Assembly (NCBI GenBank): GCA_047601445.1
Contig: JASGJH010000001.1
Coordinates: 7,840,001-7,904,000, forward strand
Source: Myxococcales bacterium
GTDB lineage: Bacteria > Myxococcota_A > Polyangia > Polyangiales > DASUME01
DNA: 64,000 nt
Reading direction: 5' to 3'
Part shown: positions 63,237 to 64,000 of the stretch, one piece after another
How the letters are laid out: the number at the start of each line of letters is the position of its first letter
Numbering within the stretch: position 1 is the stretch's first letter
The notes under the pieces: model-generated
Told to the model about the DNA's origin: nothing
Databases searched by the model: none
The model's input: only the letters and a program-made list of their open reading frames with translations
Program-made: the position numbers and the translations under genes

Positions 63237-63734
63237 ATGGCTAGGGGGGCAGTTGTTTGGATCACCGCCGTCGGGCTGACCGCCTGCGCGGCTCGTTCGA
63301 CGCAGGCGCCGGTTCAGGCGCCAAGCACGCCGAAGCCGGTGGAGGTCGTGTTGGATCGGCCCCCGCCAGCGCCCGTGGACTCGCCACGCGTGGAGCTCGC
63401 TTCCGTGGAAGGCGACGGATACCTGGGCGTGATCGAGCGCCAGGGGCTGGTGGCCCTCGTGGACCAAGGCCTGGGGCGGTTCCTGCAGCACGTGCGGCTC
63501 GAGCCAGCCTTGAACAACGGCAAGTTCGGTGGGTTTCGCGTGGCTGCGCTCGACCCGGCCTGGAAGGGAGCTGGGATCGAGTCCGGCGACGTGATCACGC
63601 GTCTTAACGGTCAGCCTATCGAGCGTCCCGAGCAAGCCATGGCGGCCTTCGAGTCGCTGCGCACGGCCAGCGAGCTCAGGGTCGACTTCACGCGGGGCGG
63701 TGCCCCGGGCAATCTGCGCTTGCGCATCGAGTGA
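63237..63734 (+). CDS. PDZ-domain lipoprotein (GspC C-terminal-like)
   Basis: Lipobox LTAC; GFRV..AGIESGDVITRLNG. Confidence 0.75.
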   Translation: MARGAVVWITAVGLTACAARSTQAPVQAPSTPKPVEVVLDRPPPAPVDSPRVELASVEGDGYLGVIERQGLVALVDQGLGRFLQHVRLEPALNNGKFGGFRVAALDPAWKGAGIESGDVITRLNGQPIERPEQAMAAFESLRTASELRVDFTRGGAPGNLRLRIE

Positions 63735-63753
63735 GAACTCGCGCGCGAACTGC

Positions 63754-64000
63754 CTAGCAAACCCGGGACACGCGGACGCCGATCTCACCGCGCTGCACGA
63801 TGAGGGCGCCTTCGGCCAAGAGGGTTTCGCCCCGCAGCAGTTTCACGGGATCGCTGGGAACGTCGCGCACCCGCAGCGGCTCACCCTGCAGGAAGCGCGC
63901 GAGCTGAGCGAAGCCCAGTGTTGGACTGGCCAGCCGGAGTCGCAGCGCATCGGGCGCGGGGATCGAGGGGGGCGCGTGCGCCGTGACGCGCAGTGCGCCC
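63754..64000 (-). CDS. 3' end of a SpoA-domain protein (FliN/FliM-C or T3SS SctQ)
   Basis: Manual translation ends PVKLLRGETLLAEGALIVQRGEIGVRVSRVC*; not in the supplied ORF track. Confidence 0.7.
   Translation of the reverse strand, partial: GALRVTAHAPPSIPAPDALRLRLASPTLGFAQLARFLQGEPLRVRDVPSDPVKLLRGETLLAEGALIVQRGEIGVRVSRVC

Overview
High-GC core-genome segment, most likely from a myxobacterium (Myxococcota, Polyangiales-like, judged from 16S signatures and gene families such as DUF4388, PEGA kinase and AgmX/PglI-type C-terminal domains). It carries leucine catabolism genes (MCC alpha, ivd), glmU, a heme operon (sirC-like, ccsA/hemX, hemA, hemC) coupled to an ArsA-type ATPase, trxA, rpsO-pnp-dut, a LytS/LytTR pair, signalling proteins, a fused sugar acetyltransferase-aminotransferase, tldD/tldE, coaE, dtd and astA. 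Two co-oriented rRNA operons about 5.5 kb apart enclose pntAB-pntB and two dedA genes. A large transglycosylase, acs, tmk and the 3' end of a SpoA (FliN/SctQ) gene follow. I saw no mobile element, prophage or CRISPR. The most unusual locus is rpsO-pnp: a ~380-nt leader tiled with hairpins precedes a PNPase with a ~480-aa Arg/Glu-rich tandem-repeat tail. Also notable: a transhydrogenase cluster with no domain-I (pntAA) gene, and three +1 frameshifts that all lie at AGATC-like sites. All calls come from reading the sequence by eye; no searches were run.
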